This document shows, piece by piece, positions 39,359 through 46,956 of a stretch of 64,000 nt of DNA. Source of the stretch: Planctomycetota bacterium (GTDB lineage: Bacteria; Planctomycetota; Planctomycetia; Pirellulales; UBA1268); contig JAPOIM010000002.1 of NCBI GenBank assembly GCA_029978905.1, positions 65,507 through 129,506 of the forward strand, written 5' to 3'. The notes beneath the pieces are model-generated. The model was not told the origin of the DNA. It searched no databases and saw only the letters and a program-made list of their open reading frames with translations. Numbering within the stretch: position 1 is the stretch's first letter; every line of letters begins with the position of its first letter. The translations under genes and the position numbers were made by a program.

Positions 39359-40213
39359 CTAGCCCTGAATGCGGTAGCGACGGCGGATCAGCGAAAGAAA
39401 AACGCTCTCCGGCAAGACCTTTCGCAGGGCGACGAGCAGGGGTGCGGGAGCGGCCACGGGATACCGCAGGCGCGTACTCCGATCCGTGATCGCTCGTACC
39501 ACCGTGGCAGCAACGGCCTCCGGGGGCGCGCCTTCAAGGCCTGCTGAAAGGCTGATCTCTTCGCAGCGTGTGACGAACTCGGCATAACCAGCGTCGTCTG
39601 GGGGTGTGATCCGCTCGCGGCTTCGGCCATAGAAATCCGTGCGAACGGCCCCTGGCTCGACAAGCCTCAACTTGATCCCGTGGGGCTGCAGTTCATACGC
39701 CAGTGATTCACTGAAGCCCTCCACCGCCCACTTCGTTGCGTGGTACACGCTGTAGAGCGGGAAGGTGATTCGGCCGCCCATCGACGAGACCTGCACGATC
39801 GTGCCCTGGCGTTGCCGGCGCATGATGGGAATCACCTCCCGTGTGACGCGCATCAGGCCCAACACGTTGACCTCGAACTGCCGCGTGAGCACCTCGTCGT
39901 CCATCGCCTCAAAAACGCCGTCAACCGCGAAGCCCGCGTTGTTCACCACCGCGTCGAGTCCGCCAAAGGTCTCGACGGCCTCGGCCACCGCAGATCGCAC
40001 GCTGCCTGGATCCGTGACATCGAGCTTCAGCACGCACACCCCGGAGAGCGTGCCGAAGTCACCCGCGTCTTGCGGTGATCGCATCGTGGCAGCCACACGC
40101 CAGCCGCGTGCGGCGAGGGCCACGACGGTGGCCCTCCCAATGCCAGTAGACGCGCCCGTCACCAGGGCACGGCCCGCTGCTGATCCACGGCCTCCACCCA
40201 ATCCGTTGTTCAT
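39359..40213 (-). CDS. SDR family oxidoreductase
   Basis: TGASTGIG, NNAG, VSSMGG, YHATKWAVEG (YxxxK), VEPG. Confidence 0.95.
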   Translation of the reverse strand: MNNGLGGGRGSAAGRALVTGASTGIGRATVVALAARGWRVAATMRSPQDAGDFGTLSGVCVLKLDVTDPGSVRSAVAEAVETFGGLDAVVNNAGFAVDGVFEAMDDEVLTRQFEVNVLGLMRVTREVIPIMRRQRQGTIVQVSSMGGRITFPLYSVYHATKWAVEGFSESLAYELQPHGIKLRLVEPGAVRTDFYGRSRERITPPDDAGYAEFVTRCEEISLSAGLEGAPPEAVAATVVRAITDRSTRLRYPVAAPAPLLVALRKVLPESVFLSLIRRRYRIQG

Positions 40214-40341
40214 GGCGTTCTCCTCGCCGCCCCCTCAGGCAAGACGGCATTGCCAGACGCTTCTTCGGACCCCAGAATCTTTATCAACTTCGCCGCAAAA
40301 TGCGGAGAAAACTGAGCATACCGCCTTTCGACACTTTCCCG

Positions 40342-42018
40342 ATGACCGCTCCAACACCCTCTGCAGTACGCGGCACGCTGAACGACTACCTCGATGCCAG
40401 CGACATCATGGACGTGCCTCCGTTGACGGACGCTGCCTGGGATGCGATCCGCCAGCAATCCGGACGATCTCTCGCCTGGAAGTTTTGCACGCTTCGCAAT
40501 CTGCTCGTCCACCGGGGGAAATTTGTCAATGATGCCAACGGCTTTGCTTGGGGAGGCATCTACCGCACGCTCTTTGTCACCTCGATCACTACGACCTCCT
40601 ATCGCAATGAGGGGCACTTCCGCTCCGGCGAGCGGATCCAAGGCACGAACGATTTCTTCTTCGGTTCGTTTGTGTTGCCCAAATCCGCATCCGAGTTTCG
40701 AGATATCGTGCGGGTCGTGAATCTCCGACACCACGTGGCTGGCGTCGCCCGCCCCACGCTCGATGGCGACGTCCGGGTGATTGATCCGTATGAGGCTGAC
40801 TACGCCTATGTGGCCACCTCGTTCATCGAATCCATCCGCCGCGGGCTCACGCTCTGTGGTTCGTCACGCGAAGGGGACAGCAACCAAGAACTGGCTTGGA
40901 AGGTGGCGATGATCCTCTACCAACTTGCCGGCTTTACAGGCCTCAAGCGGATGCCGCGGAATCTCGCCGCGCACGACCGATTTTGTGCCGCCTTCGACCA
41001 GCGGCTGCGTGAACACGCACCCTCGTCGCGCGTGCGTCGGATGGCCCAAGAAATCGCTTGGCGGATCATCCCTTTCACCGCCACCATGGCGGGCACCACC
41101 GTCGCCAAACACGTGCACCGGCATATCGATCCGGAAACGCGCGAGTTGCTGTTTCCAGGTGGGGAGATCCCCGAGGAACTCGAACAGCAGCGACAGGGGT
41201 GGCAACGTCGCCGAGACACAACGGGAGCGGTCGAGCAGATTCGCGGCCGATCGTTGAAACGCAAAGAGCTCTACCAGCGTTCCGACGTGGCTGCTCTCCG
41301 CACCGCCTACCAAGATGCCCAGGACGAAAAGACCGATGACCTCGTCGTCGCTCGCTTGATCGGCGCGATTCTCCTGCACGCCATCGATGCTGGAAAAGAC
41401 GAAAAACCACTCGAACGGCGCACGGTTGAACTGTCCGCTGGAGAATCGCTGATTCAGGAAGGGGCCACGGTGGAGGAGATGTTTGTGGTGCTTTCGAGCA
41501 CCGCCCCGCTCCTCGCTCGCCAGGTTGACGCGTCGGCCCCATCGGGCGATCGGCTCCTTGCGACAATCACCGCACCAACGGTGCTCGGTGAAATCGGCAT
41601 GTGGCGTGAGAAGCCTGCGGTGGCCACGGTGGCTTCCAAGGAGCCCAACCGACTCGAAGTACTCGTGATCGACCGTCGGCGATTTCAGATCCTCAAGGAA
41701 GAACCTGGCTTTCGGGCAGCGATCGCCGCCGAACTCCAGCGGCGGCTGGCGATGAACGCGGTGCGGGTGGGCTCCCTGTTGGACGACACTGCGGCCCGTA
41801 CGCAAGACCCTCAACTGCGTTCCATCGCGCAACTCTTCCGCTACCTCACCGGAGACTCCCACGGATCACTCGACGCCGTGATCGACCTTCCCGCTTCCGC
41901 AACGCCCGCAGAGTGCACCGAAGCCCTGCGAACCCAGGTGGCGGCGGTGATGGCGACCGACCGCCTTGAGCCCGAGCTCATGCAGCACCTGCGAAACATC
42001 ATGACCACGCTCGGGTAG
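40342..42018 (+). CDS. Hypothetical protein: Lcp/MpaB (DUF2236)-like N-terminal domain plus C-terminal cNMP-binding-like domain
   Basis: N-terminal ERIQGT...VVNLRHH...DYAYVATSF...GLKRMP; C-terminal LSAGESLIQEG...EMFVVL...LGEIGMW...ATV...LEVLVIDRRRF. Confidence 0.65.
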   Translation: MTAPTPSAVRGTLNDYLDASDIMDVPPLTDAAWDAIRQQSGRSLAWKFCTLRNLLVHRGKFVNDANGFAWGGIYRTLFVTSITTTSYRNEGHFRSGERIQGTNDFFFGSFVLPKSASEFRDIVRVVNLRHHVAGVARPTLDGDVRVIDPYEADYAYVATSFIESIRRGLTLCGSSREGDSNQELAWKVAMILYQLAGFTGLKRMPRNLAAHDRFCAAFDQRLREHAPSSRVRRMAQEIAWRIIPFTATMAGTTVAKHVHRHIDPETRELLFPGGEIPEELEQQRQGWQRRRDTTGAVEQIRGRSLKRKELYQRSDVAALRTAYQDAQDEKTDDLVVARLIGAILLHAIDAGKDEKPLERRTVELSAGESLIQEGATVEEMFVVLSSTAPLLARQVDASAPSGDRLLATITAPTVLGEIGMWREKPAVATVASKEPNRLEVLVIDRRRFQILKEEPGFRAAIAAELQRRLAMNAVRVGSLLDDTAARTQDPQLRSIAQLFRYLTGDSHGSLDAVIDLPASATPAECTEALRTQVAAVMATDRLEPELMQHLRNIMTTLG

Positions 42019-42156
42019 CCACCTGGGGCGACGAACTGCCGCAGCGCGACTTCAGCGGCGCGTAGCCGCCCGAAGAGATTCAGCCGAGCATCTACCTCAA
42101 GCCTTTGGCAGAGTTCGCGACGGGGCTCATGAAAGGCGATGACTTGAAACGCCGGA

Positions 42157-43263
42157 TCACTCGAGCCGCTGCTGCCTGCGTCGCCATCGCCAGCCGCCGA
42201 TCCCGCCCAAGCCAGCAAGCAGGAGCCCCATCGTCGACGGCTCCGGCACGGGAGCCACCAACCGGAAGCCGGTATCGTAGTTGGCCGTCGTCACGGAGAT
42301 GTCCAAACCAGCCCCGGCACCAAATGCATTCAGGTTCCAAGCTCCACCGCGCAGGATCGCGCTGCCCGTTGAACCAGCCGTCGACGTCCATTCCGACACA
42401 TTACCAGTCTGGTCGAACGTGCCGTAGTAACTCGCGCTGCCCGAGTAGGACCCCACATCAGTGAGGTAGTTTTGCGTTGAATCAAGCGTACTGCTCTGCG
42501 TAAGCGAATACGTCCCGCTTGGCGCTGTACCGACATACACGTTCGCTTGATTTGGCGTACTCCCAACTGCGTTGCCAGGGGCGATGTCACTCTGCGTTGC
42601 GTAGTCGGTGTAGGTGCCCGTGCTCCCGTTGTAGTAAGCGGCTTTGTACCACTGATCCGATGTGGGAAGCGCATAGATGGGAGCCGCACTCGTGTTGGGA
42701 TTCGTTAGGTTCAGCGCAACTACACCCGTCGCTCCAGATAAGTTGTACGCCCCGTTCTCAGTCGTACTTGCAGCTTGCACCCCGGTGGATGGCTGCCCAT
42801 TCGCCATCCAATTCGCGAAGCGGGCGGCGTTGGACCAATTCACAAACGTTACTGGTCTATTCGCGGTCGTTGCCGCAGCGTACTGCGTGCCTCTTGGCCC
42901 CGTCGCGGAATACACGTACAGGTCACCAGTCGTCCCGTTTCCCGTCCGCGAGATCCCGCCATTTTGATTAGCGTCGTAAGACGTGTTGAAGATTGTCTCG
43001 CTGCTGGTCTTCGCTACGGCGTTGAGAAACTCAACGTACTGACCGATGGTCACTTCGTATTTGCTGATTTGATACGAAGTGGCAACCGCGCCATACCCGC
43101 CTGTATCAGCCGTGTTGCCCGGATTGCCGACGGTGACCATCGACATGGTGACGGCCGCGGCGTCCCGTGGCACTACGGCTGACGCAAGACACGTGAAGAC
43201 ACAAGCGACGCAGATCATTGCCCTTTTGGGCAATGAACGGCCAAAAAAAATGTCACAAACCAT
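42157..43263 (-). CDS. PEP-CTERM protein with FGE-sulfatase/SUMF1-like (lectin-type) domain
   Basis: Signal peptide; MVTVGNPGN, KYEVTIGQY.EFLN, RPVTFVNW.NAARFANW, LPTSDQWYKAAYY, DQTGNVSEW, RGGAW, GFRL; C-terminal VPEPST + TM + RWRRR. Confidence 0.92.
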   Translation of the reverse strand: MVCDIFFGRSLPKRAMICVACVFTCLASAVVPRDAAAVTMSMVTVGNPGNTADTGGYGAVATSYQISKYEVTIGQYVEFLNAVAKTSSETIFNTSYDANQNGGISRTGNGTTGDLYVYSATGPRGTQYAAATTANRPVTFVNWSNAARFANWMANGQPSTGVQAASTTENGAYNLSGATGVVALNLTNPNTSAAPIYALPTSDQWYKAAYYNGSTGTYTDYATQSDIAPGNAVGSTPNQANVYVGTAPSGTYSLTQSSTLDSTQNYLTDVGSYSGSASYYGTFDQTGNVSEWTSTAGSTGSAILRGGAWNLNAFGAGAGLDISVTTANYDTGFRLVAPVPEPSTMGLLLAGLGGIGGWRWRRRQQRLE

Positions 43264-43433
43264 TCCAACACGATGCCCTCAGCACCGCCCCCTAATCAAA
43301 AACCATGTTCCTAAAACAGTGTTTCGCGGGATAGCCGGGCAAAAACCCCGTTCAGCCAACTCCTGCCGCCGCGGCTAAAAAACCGCCTCGGCGAACGAGG
43401 AGAGAAGTCTCAACACGAACTGATGGATAAGGC

Positions 43434-43955
43434 TCAACCGAGCATAACCACCGCGAGAGCCACCACCGCAGCGCCCATGCTCACCGGCAGGGTGAGGATC
43501 GAGCGGGCGAGATCGCGGCCAGGGAGAATCATCTCCCGCTCGGCAGGCGTCATCTCGAGGAACTCCTCGAGGGCAGAGATCGATATCGGCTTGACCATTG
43601 AGTGGTCAGCGCCATGCTCAGTGGCTTCCCAATGACCGGGCTTGCCCGGGACTTCACTGACGATGGCCACACGCTGCTCGCCACCTTCAGTATCGGTGGC
43701 CTTGCTAGTCTCAAGGTGATGGCGAAGCAGTTCGACAAAGTCGAGGCCCGACATGTCATCAAGATCAGCAGCCACGAGCCAGGCATCGACCGATCGCCGC
43801 GACGCCAGAGCCAAACCTTCCTCTCCTGAACTTCTCAGGTGGAGATGGATCCGTCCTTCACGGGCACTGGCAGCAAGATCGTGATACGCGTCAAACCGTG
43901 GATCAACAACGACAACGTTTGGCGTGTGGATCGTCTTCGCGCTCTTGCTGACCAT
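43434..43955 (-). CDS. Atypical (pseudo-)receiver domain protein with C-terminal TM anchor
   Basis: VVVVDPR, DAWLVAADLDDMSGLDF, GADHSMVKPI; phospho-acceptor position is Ala; hydrophobic tail AAVVALAVVMLG. Confidence 0.72.
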   Translation of the reverse strand: MVSKSAKTIHTPNVVVVDPRFDAYHDLAASAREGRIHLHLRSSGEEGLALASRRSVDAWLVAADLDDMSGLDFVELLRHHLETSKATDTEGGEQRVAIVSEVPGKPGHWEATEHGADHSMVKPISISALEEFLEMTPAEREMILPGRDLARSILTLPVSMGAAVVALAVVMLG

Positions 43956-44006
43956 GATGAACTCCCTGGCTAAAAACCGAGTGAATGATTCGATGGATTG
44001 GTGATC

Positions 44007-44522
44007 TCAGAGAACGCCAGTGGCGGTCTCAACATCAGCGGTCGGCCGAAGGGCCGCTACGAGTTCCGCTGCGACTGGCTGCACGAGGTAGCCAGCAATG
44101 CCGGCCGAAAGAGCCTCTTGTTCTTCTTCGAGGCTGTAGTCGTCGGCCACCATGAAGATGCCGGCGTGACGAGCCTGCCCAACGCGACCGAGCGATCGGC
44201 GATGCCCTCGCAGGAACGGATCGACCTCGCCTTGGCTAACCTGATCCGCCAGCAGCGGCAGCAGGTCAAAACCTTCCATGTCGGGCAGGTCAGTGCTCAC
44301 CAGCCACACATCGGCTCGGAATCGCCTCGCCAACTTCAGGGCAGACTGTGCGTCGCAACAGAAGTGCAATCCGATCTCGCCATTCGTCGCGGCGTCAACG
44401 AAGTGAGCGTAACGATCGCAGCGCGGGTCAACGATCACCACTTCGCAGGCTTCGCGACTGGTGTCGGCAGGAAGCGATACGACGCTCTTTGCTGAACGGT
44501 CGTAGGCGTTGGGGAGGTTCAT
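44007..44522 (-). CDS. Atypical (pseudo-)receiver domain protein
   Basis: VVIVDPR, DVWLVSTDLPDMEGFDL, AGIAGYLVQPV; acceptor position is Ser and the conserved Lys is Gln. Confidence 0.72.
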   Translation of the reverse strand: MNLPNAYDRSAKSVVSLPADTSREACEVVIVDPRCDRYAHFVDAATNGEIGLHFCCDAQSALKLARRFRADVWLVSTDLPDMEGFDLLPLLADQVSQGEVDPFLRGHRRSLGRVGQARHAGIFMVADDYSLEEEQEALSAGIAGYLVQPVAAELVAALRPTADVETATGVL

Positions 44523-44586
44523 GGAGCGTTTCTCTGAAAGCGGTGGACGGAAATGCGATTGGAAGATGCGGGTTCAAATCAGCGGC

Positions 44587-44970
44587 TCAGTCGTCAACAC
44601 CAACGGTGGGACGGGAGGCGGAGGTCTTCGACGCCACGGCAGCTCGCAGGGTGTCCCAGCTCGACGTCATCGGAGGCACACCAAACAGGTCACCAACCAC
44701 GGCTGGGAGCACGGCAGCCGAGATACCCGTCACCGAACGAGCGGCGACCACCTGCTCGGCTTCGGCACGAGTCAGCCCCATCACCGAGATCACCGCTGTG
44801 TCGCTGAGATCAAGCGTCAACGAACCACTCGGGAGCGGCACGGACAGAAACGTGGGCTCGATGCCGAGGGCCTTTCGGCTCCCTGCGTCGTCAGCAAAGG
44901 CAGTCGTGCCACATGCAAGCGTCGCGACAACCGCAGCGACCAACAGTTTGAATGAAGATGCACGTGACAT
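44587..44970 (-). CDS. Small secreted hypothetical protein (127 aa)
   Basis: Signal peptide ending AFA-DD; AGGGG upstream of the ATG; co-oriented with the two receiver genes. Confidence 0.65.
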   Translation of the reverse strand: MSRASSFKLLVAAVVATLACGTTAFADDAGSRKALGIEPTFLSVPLPSGSLTLDLSDTAVISVMGLTRAEAEQVVAARSVTGISAAVLPAVVGDLFGVPPMTSSWDTLRAAVASKTSASRPTVGVDD

Positions 44971-45058
44971 GAGGAACCCCTGAAAATGCTTGAACCAGTG
45001 ATGAATGCGACCAAGAAACCCGACGAACCGCGTGCACTCGGCACGCCCTGACCACGGC

Positions 45059-45187
45059 CTACGAGACGACGGAGATCAGTGACAAAAACGCGACAATCGG
45101 CACCACACAGCAGAGGATGTCTGCATGCGTGAGCTGCAAGGAATCAGCCAGCGACGAGGCTGAACCTGCCTTCCCACGAAAGTTCAT
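45059..45187 (-). CDS. Unannotated 42-aa small membrane protein
   Basis: AGGAG 7 nt before ATG 45187; MNFRGKAGSASSLADSLQLTHADILCCVVPIVAFLSLISVVS*; about 70 nt downstream of the predicted sigma54 start site. Confidence 0.55.
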   Translation of the reverse strand: MNFRGKAGSASSLADSLQLTHADILCCVVPIVAFLSLISVVS

Positions 45188-45267
45188 GAGCGAACTCCTA
45201 TTTCAAAAACGGTGTGAACGATCCATCAGCGGACGGTGCGTAAGCACTACCTGCTGTTAGTTGCATT

Positions 45268-45284
45268 TGCAGATCGCGTGCCAA
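45268..45284 (-). promoter_or_regulatory. Sigma54 (RpoN) -24/-12 promoter
   Basis: Minus strand TTGGCACGCGATCTGCA: perfect TGGCACG, GG-N10-GC spacing, one mismatch (C for T) in TTGC. Confidence 0.75.
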
Positions 45285-45304
45285 ACTGAACGCACTCGAC
45301 ATAG

Positions 45305-45356
45305 AAAATGAAAAAACGTCGTTTCACTCGAGAAAAAACGCATTCTCCAAGAAAAA
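45305..45356. promoter_or_regulatory. Phased A-tracts (intrinsically bent DNA)
   Basis: GAAAAAACG at 45310 and 45332 (22 bp apart), GAAAAAGG at 45351, AAAA at 45305. Lies between the promoter and the palindrome array. Confidence 0.5.
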
Positions 45357-45382
45357 GGCAGCGAAGACCCCCTCTTAGGTAG

Positions 45383-45509
45383 TGGAGCGAATCGCACCAC
45401 CCCCTGGAGCGATTCGCTCCAGCCCCCCCCCCTAAAAGACCTAAAGGTGGAGCGATTCGCTCCACCCCCCTGGTGCGATTCGCTCCACCCCCTGGTGCGA
45501 ATCGCGCCA
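45383..45509. repeat. Array of five 17-bp palindromes, consensus TGGWGCGA-W-TCGCDCCA, joined by C-runs
   Basis: Units start at 45383, 45405, 45448, 45471 and 45493 (spacings 22, 43, 23, 22 bp). Units 2 and 3 are identical: TGGAGCGATTCGCTCCA. Confidence 0.92.
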
Positions 45510-45587
45510 CCTTTGATCACCGGAGCGACCGTCTTGCGGCTATCCTCGCAGTCGCGGTTTTGATCACGACCCAAGAGCAGGTTCCCA

Positions 45588-46946
45588 ATGCACCCCACCG
45601 AAACACCGACTGCAGAGGGCAAGAGGCTCGCTCCCGTGCTGGGCACGTGGCAACTGTGGGGGCTCGCTGTCGGGCTCGTGATTTCCGGCGAGTACTTTGG
45701 CTGGAGCTACGGATGGGCCCAGGCAGGCACGCTCGGGTTCCTGGTGACCACGCTCGTCGTCGCGGTGATGTACACGAGCTTCATCTTTAGTTTCACCGAA
45801 CTCACCACCGCCATTCCAGATGCGGGGGGCCCGTTCGCCTACGCAAGGCGGGCATTCGGCCCCCTCGGCGGGGCCATCGCCGGCTGGGCCACGTTGATCG
45901 AGTTTGTGTTTGCCCCGCCAGCGATCGCCCTCGCCATCGGGGCTTACGTGGCCGTGCAGTTCCCTGGTCTCGAGCCTGCCTGGACGGCCGTGGGGGCCTA
46001 CGCCATCTTCATGCTCCTCAACATCCTCGGCGTCACGATCGCCGCGAACTTTGAGCTGTTTGTGACCCTGCTGGCGGTTGGCGAACTGCTCGTGTTTATG
46101 GGGGTGGTCGCCCCGGGTTTCTCGTGGGACCATTTCAAGGCGGGCGGATGGGCCGGCAGCGATCAGTTCAGCCCCGAGGCTGTCGGCGGGATCCTCGCCG
46201 CCACGCCCTTTGCCATCTGGTTCTTCCTGGCGATCGAGGGGGTGGCAATGGCCGCGGAAGAAGCCCGCGATCCGCACCGCACCATTCCACGGGCCTACAT
46301 TGGCGGCATGCTCACGCTCCTCGCGCTCGCGCTCGGCGTGATGTTTTTTGCCGGCGGCGTGGGGAACTGGTCGGAACTGGCCAACATCAACGACCCACTG
46401 CCCCAAGCGATGAAGAAAGTGGTTGGCGAGGCGAGCGGCTGGCTCCACATGCTCGTCTGGCTCGGCCTGTTTGGGCTCGTCGCGTCCTTTCACGGGATCA
46501 TCATGGGCTACTCGCGGCAGATCTTCGCCATGGCCCGCGCTGGCTACCTGCCGAGGCGACTAGCGATGCTCCACCCCACCCGCGGCACTCCCTGGGTGGC
46601 GATCCTCGCCGGCGGTGTCGTGGGGATCGCAGCCATCTTTAGCGACTCGGTCGTCGTCCTTGGTGGGCAGCCGTTGACCGCCAACATCGTCACCATGGCC
46701 GTGCTCGGCGCGATGGTGATGTACATCTCCGCCATGGCGAGCCTGTTTGCCTTGCGCCGTCGTGAACCCGAGTTGCCTCGCTCCTTTCCAGCCCTCGGCT
46801 ACCCATGGGTGCCCGGCCTCGCGCTCGCCTTGGCCGTCTTTTGCCTCGGCACCGTGATCTGGTCCAACCCCGGCGTGAGCCTGGTCTTCGGTGGCTTGAT
46901 GACAGCGGCGGTGGCAGGGCACATGCTCTTTGGCCTCGAGCGGTGA
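45588..46946 (+). CDS. eat: Ethanolamine permease (APC family)
   Basis: LWGLAVGLVISGEYFGWSYG, PDAGGPFAYARRAFG, PFAIWFFLAIEG, ASFHGII; 12 TM helices; directly upstream of eutB. Confidence 0.93.
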   Translation: MHPTETPTAEGKRLAPVLGTWQLWGLAVGLVISGEYFGWSYGWAQAGTLGFLVTTLVVAVMYTSFIFSFTELTTAIPDAGGPFAYARRAFGPLGGAIAGWATLIEFVFAPPAIALAIGAYVAVQFPGLEPAWTAVGAYAIFMLLNILGVTIAANFELFVTLLAVGELLVFMGVVAPGFSWDHFKAGGWAGSDQFSPEAVGGILAATPFAIWFFLAIEGVAMAAEEARDPHRTIPRAYIGGMLTLLALALGVMFFAGGVGNWSELANINDPLPQAMKKVVGEASGWLHMLVWLGLFGLVASFHGIIMGYSRQIFAMARAGYLPRRLAMLHPTRGTPWVAILAGGVVGIAAIFSDSVVVLGGQPLTANIVTMAVLGAMVMYISAMASLFALRRREPELPRSFPALGYPWVPGLALALAVFCLGTVIWSNPGVSLVFGGLMTAAVAGHMLFGLER

Positions 46947-46956
46947 AGGAGCGGGA

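Noticed and set aside
41841-42218. 125-aa minus-strand ORF bridging the cNMP-fusion and PEP-CTERM genes
   Set aside because: It overlaps both neighbours, has no RBS or motifs, and its upstream part is an alternative frame of the PEP-CTERM tail.
42157-43263. FGE-domain gene as the formylglycine-generating enzyme for the three sulfatases
   Set aside because: It lacks the catalytic Cys pair and has a signal peptide plus PEP-CTERM anchor, so it is a surface protein.
45492-45508. GG-N10-GC within palindrome unit 5 as a plus-strand sigma54 promoter for eat-eutBC
   Set aside because: CTGGTGCGAATCGCGCC has the spacing but lacks the CAC and TTGC context; likely a by-product of the repeat.
45383-45509. 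Palindromic repeat array as a CRISPR array or replication iterons
   Set aside because: The linkers are 5-6 nt C-runs (one is 26 nt), not unique spacers of about 30-40 nt. There are no cas genes and no rep, dnaA or parAB genes nearby.
45510-45587. Cobalamin riboswitch ahead of eat-eutBC
   Set aside because: The space is too short and has no B12-box.
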